A stretch of 62,599 nt of DNA, filler included, from Hausera hauseri (taxonomy: Eukaryota): assembly GCA_046269625.1 (NCBI GenBank). It is 13 parts of 13 records of this genome, joined end to end, with 100 filler letters (N's around TTAATTAATTAA, not from the genome) between each part and the next. Parts side by side here need not be neighbours in the genome. Positions count along the whole stretch, not along the records: positions 35,675 to 40,022 come from JBJURY010623664.1; positions 40,123 to 44,162 come from JBJURY010801422.1; positions 44,263 to 48,379 come from JBJURY010750431.1; 10 more parts are not named here. One strand, given 5' to 3'. The notes beneath the pieces were generated by a model. It searched no databases. It saw nothing but the letters and a program-made list of their open reading frames with translations, and had not been told where the DNA came from. Position numbers and translations under genes: made by a program. Below, in pieces: positions 35,675 through 48,479 of the stretch. How positions within the stretch are numbered: position 1 is the stretch's first letter; the number at the start of each line of letters is the position of its first letter.

Positions 35675-38600
35675 ACAAATAATCTTCCTTACTACGGCTT
35701 CTGCCAGAGTTTCGGCCTTCTGGTCCATTAATGCTATAAGCTTGACAAAATGAGTTAATCGATTTACACATGCTAGAATATACTTATTATTTTTGTGAGT
35801 TGTAGGTAACAGTCTTACAATATTCATTGACATTGTTTGCATTGGTCTGTCCGGCACGTTTAGCGGCTTAAGTTGGGCGATGTAGCTCTTTACTTTTCTA
35901 TGTTTGGTTGCGCATACCTCGCAACCATTCGCCTAATTCTTTACGTCGATGTAAAGACTCGGCCAATAATACTTATTTAATATTCTCTCCAGTGTATTCT
36001 TCCATGACATGTGTCCGGCTCAGTAAGAGTCGTGTTCGGCCATTATTAATTCTTTACATAGTCTTTTTGGTATGACTACTAATTTTTGTCCTTTCCGTTT
36101 ATAATACAATACGTTTCCGCGGTTGGTGTCTCCTGTTGCGCAGTATTTATGAACAATCCTTTGCAAATGCTTTCGTAGTTGGTGACCCTTTGGCGTCATA
36201 TTGTTTCCAACAAATTCGATGATTTGTTGTATAATTTTGTCCTTATTTTTTCGGTAAAAATTTTAATTGCTTTAGCCATTGTTAGAATCCGCTGTCTATC
36301 CTCTAATTCCTCGAACTGAGCTTTTCCCATTACAGTAATCGCGCTTGTTTTGGTTTTGAGCTTTGATAACGCATCAGCATCGACATGTTTGCTTCCGGGT
36401 TTGTACTGAAATTCAATATTATATCGTGAGATCTCTTCGATCCATTTGTTGAGTCTACATGTCGGATTATTTGTTATGCCTTTTAAGATTGTAACCACTT
36501 TATGATCCGTAACAATTATAATCTTCTGTCCGTAGATGTATACGTTAAAATGTCGAAGAGCATCTTTTACATCTAACGTTTCTAATTCCGTAACAGAATA
36601 ATTCTTTTCAGCTTTCTTTAGTGATCGTCCTCCGTATGCGATCAGATGTTCTAATTCTCCATATTCTCGTTTTTGAGCTAACTCGTATCCAATGCCTTCT
36701 TTGCTTGCATCCGTTTTAATTATGAACGGTAGGTTAAAATCGGGGTATCTTAAAAAGGTTTCGCTAGTTAAGATTTTCTTTACTTCGTCGAAAGCCTTTT
36801 GTTCAACATCAGTCCATTTCGATTTAATCCCCTTTTTAAGTAAGCGATACAAGGGTGCATTGATTTTTGAATTGTCCGGTACAAAAGTGATGTATATATA
36901 TATCCGCACAAGCCTAACCAATGTCTTAACTCTTTCGAATTTTGAGGTTCCATACAATCTGATATCTTTTTTCAACAGTGATTTATCCGGTTTTGATCCT
37001 TCTTCTCCAACTATATGTTCGAGATAAGACACAGCGTTTTGAGCTTATTTACATTTCTTGAGATTCATTTTCAATCCGGCTTGTTCTATCCGCATGAGCA
37101 TGTCCTCAATGGCCTTTAGATGTTCTTCTTCCGTTTTGGACGCAACCATTACGTCGTCTAGATATGCGAACGCGTGTTCTAGTCCCATTAATACCTTATT
37201 CGTCATTCGGGTAAAAGTAGCTGGTCCCGTAGTTATTCCGAAGTGCATGACGTTGAATTCTTACACACCGTCGTGCATTTTGAACGCAGTTTTATAGGGG
37301 TCTTCTTCCTCTATATGCACTTGCCAATATCCAGATTGTAGATCATGTGTGGTGAACCATTTTGCTCTGGAAAGCCTATCTAGGGCCTTTTTTCCCAATG
37401 GTAGTGGAAATGAATCTTTAATCATAAGTGTGTTTAACGCTAGATAATCGATACAAAATCGGTGCTTCGTAGTACCTTTCTTCATAACCATGAGTATATG
37501 GGTGTACCACGATCGGTACCTCGGTCTAATAATGTCGGCCTTTAACATTCGTTCTACTTCTTTTGTTATCTCCGGTATTAAAGAGGATGGATGATGATAC
37601 CATTTCGGCATCTTTTGATCTTCTAAATCTATGTCCGCATTGGAACCAGGCTTTTTCTTCAGCGGAATTGTTAGCCTCAAGGCTTTGGCTCTGCCAGTGT
37701 ACTCTTCGTTTTTAGCAATAACTGAGCTATAATGGCAAAGTAATTCGTAAATTCGGCAGTATGACTCGGGCGAAAATTTAGTTTCTATGTGAGGTGGAAA
37801 TTTGGCACATTTGTAAGGTTTTTCTTCAATTATTATTGCTGACACTCTATAAGTGTTCCCCAAAATTGTGCTAGCATATAATCTAATCGGAATTGGTGCG
37901 TTTTAGCTATTCTAATGGTCACACGGCCCGTCGATACTCTTGTTAATACGTTATTGAGCAAAATGCTTGGATTCAACTATTCTCTTGGTTCGAAATACAC
38001 TGGTTGATCATCATCTTGACGTATCTGAGCATATATTAGTACTTCGGTTCTGGGTGGATTGTTTTTGTCTCTTGGGATCCAAACCTCTCCAAATTGCCTA
38101 TCTTTAGTGGTTTTGACTCCTTTTATCGGACCGAGTTCTATCAACTTCCCTGCATTGAAATTTATAGCTAAGTTAGGTAATTGTCTTAATAGATAGCATC
38201 CTAATACTACGTCATCCGTTAACTGCTCCATTACTGAAAATTCGTGATGAAAAGATTATCCCATTATTCGTATTATTTGTCTCCATCGGAATTTACTTTT
38301 CGACGACTGTCCGTAAGCTTCGACACTTCCTTGGTATGTTGCTGGAGGTGGGTAAAATTGCTTCCGTAAGAGCTGCGGTATTGAATCATACTTTATCAGG
38401 GATATCTCGGATGCTGTATCTATCAATCCGTAGACCTCCCAATCTTCCAACTGAATTTTTGAAAAAGGCCTACCTTCGATTATAGTACTATAGTAATTTG
38501 GTGCTATCTTTGAATGTCGTATAACTGACACCTTGTAGCCGTTGATGGTAACTTCAGTGGTTCTAACCGGCTGATCGATTAGTTGTCTTAACTCTCCAAT

Positions 38601-39826
38601 TGAGTATAGTTTATTATTCGTGTCATTTACATTTCCCGTTTCTTGACTTCTGACTGGTGGCTGTATTTCTTGGTTTTGACAATTCTGCACTTCATGATTT
38701 CTTGAGAATGTTGATCGCATTTCGTTTGGTCTGGGTACTCTAGATGAATAAATTATGCCGTGGTCGTCGACTGCTGAGCAACGATATGGGGCAGTCATCC
38801 GTTTCGTTTAGTGAATCTTATGTAATATGCCATAGTGCTTTGTTGCTTCATAAGGATCCTCAAGGTTGAACGGTTTTCGATAGATATCTGTTTGATATGA
38901 GTTCGCAGATTGTTTCTCACAGTCTTCGTATATGGGTGCATTTGGCGGTAATATTGGTAATGGTAGTTTTATAACAGAGTGGCTTTTGTGTCTATGTGTC
39001 CTTGAGACGGCGTCTCCTCCCTTAGGCTCGTCATCGTCGGAGATATTCCTCCGTGTTTTGGCATTTATGAATTTATGTTTGTAATTAAAGATGTGTCTCC
39101 ATTTTCATTTTCGATTATAATAGCCAACATGCAGTTCCACATCTGTTTTTCATCTACTTTCTTCATAAGCTTTTAAAAATTTGCCGAAAGGTGTGATGAT
39201 AGCCGTTAAAATTTTGCATGAGAATCTAGTCAGGGTGAATATCTCGTATCCGTTTTTAATCGCTTAAATTATAGCTTTAACTAGCTGAATTAAGAAATAG
39301 ATTGCTAAGAATCCTGATGCGGCTTGTACGAATATCAGAAATCGTCCCCAAATTTTATACAATATTTCTGTCGTTACTTTTTGATAGTAGTTTTCGCCAA
39401 GTAATGATTCTCGCTTTGCTTGGTAACGCGAGTCCTCCAGTATTGTTTGAATCGCTTGGTTTAATTCATGTGTGCGCTGGCAAGGGAAAGAGAGAAATTG
39501 TCTAAATGCCTCTACTTCTTTCAGTCCACAAGTACCTTTTGCGGCAATATCTTGAAACTTATCGTCGGTTATTCCCTTTATCAAATTTCTTCCCGTCAGT
39601 TTGGCGGGCGGTGCGATTACGCCACCGTTCGGTAAACTTACCCAATATGTTTCGCTTCGTTGAAACATTGGTTCGCCAAGACTGGTCTTGCAGTCTCTCA
39701 GAATTGTCGGCTGAGTAGAATTTGCCAACAATAATCTAGTAATTGATGTTACTAATTTTGGTACGTCTTGATATATCACTGGAAGCTGTTGTATAAACCT
39801 CTTCTGTTCCACATTAATGGGTGCAT
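35675..39826 (-). mobile_element. Large Gypsy family copy: glycoprotein C-half - PR - RT - RNaseH - IN
   Basis: Glycoprotein 39826-39150 matches 15740-16400; GLIDTASEIS; RFCIDY..LN; DLQSGYWQV; MHFGITTGPATF; AYLDDV; IKTDASKEGIG; NYSVTELE; ADALS; integrase zinc finger and core. Confidence 0.92.
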
Positions 39827-40022
39827 TGTAGTGCCACGGTCCAAGACATGGTCCTCCATTTCTGACAATAGACTCACCGTTTTGGCGCAGCTAGGCCGCA
39901 ACGATATTTTGTCCCGCTTCGTTACCGTTTGGTCTATATTTTATTTAGCAGACGAACAGCACACAGTAGTATCAAATAAAATCAACATTCGTACTTGGTT
40001 ACTTACCAGACTACTAATTATT
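39827..40022 (+). repeat. Possible diverged third structured terminus (starts TGTAGTGCC) inserted in the glycoprotein gene
   Basis: Glycoprotein homology stops exactly at TGTAGTGCC; shares CCATTT and CCGCTTCG with 3590-3763, but overall similarity is low. Confidence 0.35.
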
Positions 40023-41408
40023 NNNNNNNNNNNNNNNNNNNNNNNNNNNNNNNNNNNNNNNNNNNNTTAATTAATTAANNNNNNNNNNNNNNNNNNNNNN
40101 NNNNNNNNNNNNNNNNNNNNNNATTAACAAACGTCTGATGAAAGCCTACATTTATATGATTTAAAATTAGAAAACTTCGCGGACACATAAAGTCTTGGCT
40201 GAAGCTATTCTCCCATTTACAGATAATTGTTAGAAGTTCTCATTAATTACTTGAGAAGAAATAAATCAAGGTAGGAGAGTAGAATTTTATGTATAGAATA
40301 AAATTAAATACGAGACATATAGGTCCAAGAGTAACAAGGTAAGATTAGTTGTTTCGTGCTAAAACGAATGCCAAGTTACATTTCTAAATTCTCTCCAACC
40401 CCAGCCGCCCCGACCAGCTGAATCATCAGGCACTATACCATTTTTTCTTTGTCTCTATAATTATTACAGCCACTGAAGCCAGATGTAGGCCAAACTCATT
40501 GGGACAGCACCCTCCACATCATCGTGAGGTTATGAAAACATTGGCTGAACAGATTACAACTCTTCCCACGTACAACTGGTCAGATGACACATCATAACAT
40601 TGATACGAAGTCATCTCATTAGCACTATATCATTCGCCACGAGAGTTGACTGCCACCTACACAGTTGCAGACCTCAAGCCTTTGTTCACCGGTCGGCGTC
40701 CTGAAAAACACTATTTGTCACCAGACCAGAGGCGTATCTTCCTGTTTATGTACAGCGACCGATCTACACAAGTGGTGACAGCCACAGATAACAGTCATCG
40801 CTACCGACCAGACCAACGTACCAATATCATCCCAACCCCTCCACTTCAACCGGAAATTATGGGTCAACACAACGATCCGACCAGCTAGTGTTTATCCACC
40901 GTCATTCACATGTTACCTGTGACGTGGACATAGATACCTCCACAACCTCAACACCCACCGCTGCACATCAACACGTCAGCGATTACAGACCCCCCCTCAA
41001 TTAACACTGCAATTTCTCTCCACAGCGTCAGCACAAACAGATAGACATTCCAATCAAGTCCGAAGTCAACAAGTAGCCACAGAAGCACAAGAGAAAATCA
41101 AGACCAAGATATAATAGACATTTTTGTTTGTCATGTGTTTTTGTTTGTTGTCCAACATGCAAATGTAAAATGATTTTGTTGAAAAAAAAAACACTAAATA
41201 ATATGTTTGTAACCGTGTAAGACAGGATATTATTAGAGAAACACATTGACATATAAATATATATGACTTATATCTTAAAGACCGATGACATAATATGGGA
41301 CTGATATTTATTCTTAAAAAAATTATTTAATAATTTTTTTTCCCTGGACTGTGAAGGAATGATACAGAACAAAAACATAGACCAGCGGAAATGACCTAGG
41401 GTTAATTA

Positions 41409-41757
41409 GGCGGGGGAGTAGAACTGTTGACAGACAACTATTAGAGACGGGATAGTTGGGGTATGGTCTAACTAGTCATGTGACATTACCTAACAAGGGA
41501 CAAAGAATAGTGCTAGACCATTCATTCTGCTGCGGACTAGCGAGTGAGTCGGAAGACGTACGAGAGACAGAGTAGGATAGCGTTAGAGACAGAAGACTGG
41601 ACACGTGTATATATGTTAATAAACTATATATTATTCTGAACACTGTGTTATTCAAGTTCCTGAGTTGTCTCAGTATCTAAAATAATATAACTACCTAAAG
41701 TACACGTGGTGAACATAAAATTAATATAAACGCCACGTTACAATTTGGCGCACCAAC
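41409..41757 (+). repeat. LTR (about 41417-41742) preceded by a PPT and followed by a PBS
   Basis: GGCGGGGGAG purine tract, AATAAA at 41618, LTR end ...GTTACA, then TGGCGCACCAAC at 41746. Confidence 0.7.
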
Positions 41758-41984
41758 CAGTTAAACGACCCTGGAGTCTACAAAAGCCGGAGTCCAGTCA
41801 ATCATCATCAACCAGAGGTGAATCTACACCCTGACAAAGTCAACAAGGCGTCCACCTGTCTCACGTCGCATCAGTCAGAGGTGAATAAACACCCTGATTA
41901 AATCAAGCGGTTTCAGTTCCCGACTTAACCACCGTCGCACATTCAGCGTCAATCCAGAGAGGTAGATAATTCTGTCTACTACGT

Positions 41985-42175
41985 TCGCAGCTACCTGCTC
42001 TATCCAAACAGAGTGCCAGCCATATAAGCCTGCTACCTGTTCTACACAAAAACAGTGCCAGCCACATCTGCCTGCTGCCTGCTCTACCCAAAGAGAGTGC
42101 CTGCCGTGTACGCCTGCTGCCTGCTGTACTCAGAGTCTGTCGACCACATACCCCTACTGCCAGCCCTACCCAAAC
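41985..42175 (+). repeat. Imperfect ~36-42 bp tandem repeats in the LTR-element leader
   Basis: Recurrent CCTGCT(A/G)CCTGCTCTA...AGAGTGCCAGCC units, about 4-5 copies. Confidence 0.7.
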
Positions 42176-42536
42176 GCTGCACAGTGAAAACAGCTGAAAC
42201 CTGGTCTTTCCAGTGGCTACGCATCAATAGGAAACTTTAATAAGATAAGTAGTAACTTGGCTATCGTTATTTATGTTGTTTCTGTGTTTTCTAAGTTGAT
42301 TAACTTCACTTTTCTTTTTGCACACTGTTCACTTGTGTTGTGATCTATGTATTTTTTAAATTATTATTTATGTTTGTTAGCTTAACTAGTTTACACGCTT
42401 AGATCACACGATTTTAGCCCGATAGCCTCGTTAGGGGATATTACACGTAATTAGTTTAAAGGTAAGTCCCCACTTTCCTGCGTCAGCCCAGACCACGGTG
42501 TTTATTTGTCAACCATTGACAAATCATAGTTAAGTT

Positions 42537-43340
42537 GTGCCCATCATGGAAGAATTTCCTCCAATATTTTCCATGTCACCAAATTGGCATTATTTTATTT
42601 ATATGGCCAAACGAAGTGGTATACCTGACAAAGAAGGCCAAATAGAATGGGCAGACAAATACTGGGAAATGGCCGTTGATCTACACATTTTAGAGCGGAC
42701 ACATTTGAAGAAAGAATTAGAATTACGGGAAAATAAAACCCAAGAAAAATGTGACTCTAATAAAGTCAGAGTCGAATCTGTGGCACCAAAGTGCACAGAT
42801 AACACGGGTGACAAACTCACCGGGTGTCAATCAGGGCCTACACAAATTGTAGCGCCACTACAAAATGAAAGCCGTGATGAAACAGTCACGGGGGAAAAAG
42901 CTGCTGTCATAAAACAGAGCTTAAGAAAAACACATAGACTCGCTACCGAGGGCTATGGTGTTAAACATGGTAACAAATACCAGAAGAATGGTCGGCTTCA
43001 TAAAGCCCCTAAAAAAATTGTTAAGCCCCTTAGAAAAAATCTGAAGGTGGCATCAAATCAAAGATTTCGACAAGCAGGTCGAAGTACAACAAGGCCTTAT
43101 GGTCATAGACAGGCTTATCATTATGACCATAAGCATGCTAGCTATTGTGATCACAGAAAGGCTTATCATTGTGATCATAATTGGCCTAAATTCGGTTGCA
43201 CAAACTGGTGTGTACCTCGGGTTGTAATACTTTACAAGAGAACCAATACAACCTCCTGTAAATATGGGTTTAACAAATGTACTGTTAGGGACCTAAACAG
43301 TCGGCGTCCTCAAATGCACGCATTCATTAACAGTATATAA
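42537..43340 (+). CDS. Gag-like or unknown ORF of the LTR element
   Basis: 267-aa ORF downstream of the PBS; basic region and 7-aa repeats (YHYDH/YCDH/YHCDH); no pol. Confidence 0.4.
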   Translation: MPIMEEFPPIFSMSPNWHYFIYMAKRSGIPDKEGQIEWADKYWEMAVDLHILERTHLKKELELRENKTQEKCDSNKVRVESVAPKCTDNTGDKLTGCQSGPTQIVAPLQNESRDETVTGEKAAVIKQSLRKTHRLATEGYGVKHGNKYQKNGRLHKAPKKIVKPLRKNLKVASNQRFRQAGRSTTRPYGHRQAYHYDHKHASYCDHRKAYHCDHNWPKFGCTNWCVPRVVILYKRTNTTSCKYGFNKCTVRDLNSRRPQMHAFINSI

Positions 43341-45816
43341 ACCATGTGTATCATTTTTCTTATATATATTGTAACTCAATAAGTTACATGTTTTACTATA
43401 TTATGGGAACCATTATACTCCCTAAACAACGAATATTCCATAAATATTCTATGTTTCATTTCAATAATTTATTTGCTATTTTTTGGCATTAACAAACGTC
43501 TGATGATAGCCTACATTTATTTGATCTGTACTCTTCAGTCGTACTATTTACTTTGTTTATGCTCTTCTTCACTAGATTTCTAACAACAAACATTTGTCAC
43601 AAACACCTTTTGATAAATTACACGTTTAAACTGGTCAAACAAGTAGGCTGAGCAACCTGTAAATTAAATAGAAAGGATCATTTTCATTTGCGGACATAGA
43701 ACAATGATCAAAGACTTTATCAACAAAATGCTGCCATGAAGTGAGCGCTTTGTCTAGTTTTTGCTGATAAAAAATTAAAAAAGCATTTGCCATAACGTGA
43801 CACAGCAACAATGTAAGGCACAGAACATGTTCTTTTTGAAATATTCTTGAGCACTAATGCTTTTTGACTTGTTTGAGGAGGAGGATGCGCTCTAGTTTTC
43901 AGAACGATGAGAGATTTGTGAGGCTTGAACAGCTGGAATAGATGGTGCAGCTGATTTGCTCTCCTGTTTATCAGCTGAGGACAAGCCTTGCTCTTATTGC
44001 CTGCTGATGGTAGGAAGGGCTCCTCTCAGCATGCATCAGATGTGATTCATTAAGTACCGTCCTTCAAGTTTTGAGAAATAAAAATCATCTGATGCAAGAA
44101 GAGGAGCACAAGTGACCCATGAAACTCAAGCATGACACATGTATGGGTTGTATCAGGCCTACNNNNNNNNNNNNNNNNNNNNNNNNNNNNNNNNNNNNNN
44201 NNNNNNTTAATTAATTAANNNNNNNNNNNNNNNNNNNNNNNNNNNNNNNNNNNNNNNNNNNNTGCAAACAAGTCTGTTTCTGCGAATTCCAAAAATTTTA
44301 AAATTCTAATTAATTGTGTTTGAAGACGATGAAGGCGAACTGGAAGGACAAAATGAGGGAAATTTCTTGGAGATGGTCCAATCGTGAGAGAATATATGTC
44401 ACCAGAAATATAAAACGAGTTCATTGTATCGTTAGGAGATAGAGATAGAAATAAAATTATATATCAAGTGAAACAAGCCCAATATTTTTCGATTATCTTC
44501 GACAGCACACTTGACATTTGAAGAATGGATCAAACTTCTCAAGTTTTACGTTATGTTGTCATGGACATTGACAAAGTACAAGTTCAGGCGTCCTTCATCA
44601 ACTTCATTGACACCAAGGATAAGCACACCACTGAAATAGCTGAAATGATTTTGGAAAAGCTACGTTCGGACGGTTTAGACGTAATGAACTGCAGAGGTCA
44701 AGGCTATGACAATGCTTCAGTCATGAAGGGTCAACACTCCGACGTTCAAAATCACATTCTTGAAGTCAACCCCAAAGCGCAGTTCATCGCCTGCTCTAAT
44801 TATTTACTGAATTTGGTTGGTATTCGAGCTGCCAAAGCGGAGGTTAATTCCGTGACATTTTTTGGTACACTGGACTGTTTATACACTTTTTTCTCAGATT
44901 CAACACACCGATGGTAGTCCTTATAAAAGCAACCGGAATTGGCCCGAAGCTCTTGGTTGATACTCGTTGGAGCACCAGAGGACAAACCGTTAAGATAGTC
45001 AAGAATCAATTTTCAAAAATTAAAGATACCCTGGAGACGCTGATAGGCACTGGCAAAAATCCTATGACTAAATCTGAAGCAGTGGGATTATTATTAGCTA
45101 TACAGTCCTTCACGTTTCTCATCTATCTTGGGTTTTGGGCACCGGTTTTAATCGAAGTGAACTATGCACAAACTTACCTTCAAAAACAAGAATTGTCTAT
45201 TCGAGACTGTGCACTTAAGCTGAAAGCTTTAATGACGCTCTTAACTAGCAGCCGGGGTGACATCACTGAAGGCACTATAACATTTGCCGAAAGCATGTGC
45301 TCAGAGTTGGGGATTAGTACAAAACCCGAAAGACGCCTTCGACGCAAGAAGATGATGCCTGGCGAAATATGCGTAGATACTGGATTAGCGTACAAGAACG
45401 AACTAAGTAGGAGCATTTATTCTTCCTTGGAGCGGTTTGTTCAGGTGATAACAACTAGATTTGAGCAGCTTTATGATGTGGCAGATAAATACGATTTTTG
45501 TCGCCTTCGCAACTTTTGGACCCAGAGATTCAGATAAATCTTGACTATGCTCCTTACGACATTAACAAGGACGAATTTTGACTGGAGAGAAAGCGGATTC
45601 AACGGTTTGTCGGAGTTTCGGAAGAAGCCTCTGACCTTTCGAAGCAAGGACCTGTCGAACTCTTAAGTTTCATCAGAAAGTATCGACTGAATGATTCAGT
45701 GCCAAACATCATAATCTTAATTCGCATCTTTCTGACAACTTCAGTAAGTGTAGCAACATGTGAGCGAAGTTTTTCGACGCTCAAATTGATAAAAAGCTAT
45801 TTGCGATCAACGATGA

Positions 45817-46905
45817 TCAACTTCTGACTCTCTTATTGTTCCTTCTAATTCGATAAGCCGAATCCAGAGATGACCTTATTCTTCCAAACGTTACATTTGT
45901 ATATCCATTTCGATCGTCAGTAGATTTTATGTTGCAGATTTTGTCTAAAAGCTGGGAAATTATATCATGAAGCATTAAGGTTTTGTCTCCGGGAAGTTTC
46001 GTACAAATCTTGATGATTTTTTTAACGTAGACATTTATACTATAGTTCAAATGGAACATACTCAATGACATCGTATTTTTTAACTCAATAAGTTCCTTTT
46101 GCATCTGAAACTAGAAAGAGTCAAATTCCGATTCATCATTTCTGATTGCGTCTTTCAATTTAAAATTTCTGGTTTCCATTAAGTCTCGATCTTCATTTAA
46201 CTTATCTACATCACCTTTGATTTGGACGACATTTTTCTGAATTTCTAAATTTCTGTTAAACCCAGATTTAGATGTTTCTCGTTCGAGAATATTACGTTGC
46301 TTAAGATTCTTTTCAACTTTCGATTTGATAGAATCAAATTTAGCATTTTGTGATACCATTTCAGTACTTTCTATCAGTGGGTATCGTACCTGAAGTTCGT
46401 GGTACAATCCGTCTACCTCATTACAATCGTATTTAAGCTGTACCAATTCTTCCTTGAAAGAGTCGATTTGCGTGCGCACCTCGATATGTCGATATAGTGC
46501 GTATTCATGGTCCTCTCGGTCTTTCATGATAGTTTCCGAATCTGATTGTAAACTTTCTGCGAGTTTAACACTTGAATCAGATTTTTCGTTAACAGCTGTC
46601 ATATTTGAGTAAATTCCCCTCGCTGTAGCAACCGTGGCTGATGTAGTAAAACTTGTACCAGGTATATTTGGATAGAGAGTACTAGGAACAATGTTAGAAT
46701 TAGAAACTGGTATCCTCCTCAGAAAATCCAAAAAACAAATAACCATTGTTCGTGGTGATAATACAGTCGGAGTCACCAGCTGTGAACGAATTACCGCTCC
46801 TGGATATTGCACTGCACTAAGTAAATTTGGTACTTTTACTTTAGGAGCTAAATTTCTCATAATCCTTGTAAAGTAATCTTGTACAGATGTAAAAAAATAT
46901 TTCAA
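45817..46905 (-). pseudogene. Captured coiled-coil protein gene fragment
   Basis: ORFs 46111-46905 and 45817-46104, heptad-rich, inside the hAT-splitting insert. Confidence 0.5.
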
Positions 46906-47314
46906 ACAAATTCTTTTAAAAAAATAATTTAAAATTTAAATTGGCAGGATATTTTTGTATTATTTAAACAACTCTTTTCTACAAGTTTCCGATTATAGAC
47001 TTCAAAAATCATACAACGCAATGAAAGATGAACATAGAAAAATCAAAACAAGAATCTATACATTTTACAACTTAGGCAAACTTTAACAACCGTCAAGCCG
47101 TGCGTTATTTACAATCAACTACTGCTGACGCATACATAAATAAATAATGACAACGTAATGCCAGCATTTACAACATGAAGTATCAAAATTATACCCATCC
47201 AAAGAGGTATTACATCCGACAAAATAATATTAGCAGCCGAAAGAACCAAAATAAGTAAATCCAGTTTACCAAAAATGCACGATACTATAATATTTTCAAT
47301 GTTTTATTTAAAAT

Positions 47315-47503
47315 TTAAATGGCTTCTGTTGAGTTGGCAAAACTCCGAACCGCTTGTGCATTGATACGTTGTTCGGAGTATTTATCTTCAGGTGAATATT
47401 TAGCCGGATGGGCACAAATTGTTGGTTTCATTGATTGATCAAATGCTTTTAACGTATAAACTCGTTTGCCATTTTCACCCAAATAATAGCGCAGATTAAA
47501 CAT
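47315..47503 (-). pseudogene. NOP10: H/ACA snoRNP subunit NOP10 copy, intronless, frameshifted near C-terminus
   Basis: [20 protein letters not shown]...[19 protein letters not shown] is the NOP10 signature. Confidence 0.9.
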
Positions 47504-47529
47504 TTTCCAAATTCACAATATGGTGGCGA

Positions 47530-47649
47530 TGGAAAGATGAATATCCATTCTTGAATTAAACAATTCTTTAAACTACTGAACTGTTGCATTGTTTGAAACT
47601 GAAAATTCATGTGTTGGCCATCCAGAGTCTTTACTTTCACGTCAAACAT
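47530..47649 (-). pseudogene. Truncated ubiquitin-like N-terminal fragment (BAG6-like)
   Basis: MFDVKVKTLDGQ...; after a frameshift ..ATVQ*FKE.. Confidence 0.55.
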
Positions 47650-47915
47650 AATTTGCTATTGATGAATTCAACAAATAAGTTAATTTTGTTGTTCAGTTCA
47701 CGGAGCGATGTAGAGATTTTCGCACCTTTCGATACAAATGACTCAGTTTCGCTGAGAGTAATTGTTTTAGACAACTGGTGACTTTCCATTGCCGCAATCT
47801 CTGATTGAGTCAACGGCTTCGGGTGAATGACTTCGTTTTTTCAGTTTGTTTATCCGTCTGAAAAATCGTACGTCTGCTTAGTAGAATATTTCGATCTGTT
47901 TGGGTCGTGGTCTAA

Positions 47916-48092
47916 GTTCACAGGTTTTTTGCTTTAAAAGCCTTTTACCGTGAAATTTTTTGAGTAGGATAGGAATTGTGAAATTTCGATGCGGAGAATC
48001 GGGCCCGACTGTGGACCCAATGCGGCGGCGACGGACGCCCGGCCGCGCCCGACCAAATGGGCCAAAGGGCACCAGCCGCTGCGGGCACCACA
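47916..48092 (-). repeat. Structured ~175-bp element terminus, copy 2 (starts TGTGGTGCC on minus)
   Basis: Alignable with 3590-3763; forms the exact right boundary of the insert in the hAT gene. Confidence 0.88.
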
Positions 48093-48479
48093 TCTCTAAT
48101 GTTGCAATTCTGTCCACTGAAAAAGAGCTGGGGCAGAAAACTGACTTCGACATTATCATTGACTATTTTGCCAGAAAGAAAGCTAGTAAAATTGAATCGT
48201 AATCACTTTTAATGTTATCTCCTTCGTTACGCAACAAATGATTTTATGGAAACAAACTTGAGTTTCTTTGTTTTGTTTCGTTTTTTGGAGGGTATCAAAA
48301 GCATCTCCGCACAGGACTGCATATACCCTAGCTATGCAACTGTAGGTAACATAATGATTTTAATTTTTCAATTGACAAANNNNNNNNNNNNNNNNNNNNN
48401 NNNNNNNNNNNNNNNNNNNNNNNTTAATTAATTAANNNNNNNNNNNNNNNNNNNNNNNNNNNNNNNNNNNNNNNNNNNN

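Larger units (their letters stand above)
44263..48342 (+). mobile_element. hAT transposon (ZMYM1-like transposase) split by a 2.28-kb insertion
   Basis: FSIIFDST.D; CRGQGYDNAS; DTRWS; CERSFSTLKLIKSYLRSTM ends at about 45815 and resumes at 48093 as SNVAILSTEKE...FARKK*; 3' TIR-like CCCTAGCTATGCAACTG ends at 48342. Confidence 0.9.

Noticed and set aside
40130-40180. Hammerhead ribozyme (CTGATGA...GAAA)
   Set aside because: No supporting stems II/III, and the second copy diverges right after the motif
47878-48202. ORFs 47878-48159 and 47960-48202 as genes
   Set aside because: They span the GC-rich structured terminus and the hAT junction; only the last ~36 codons of the plus ORF are real hAT coding sequence
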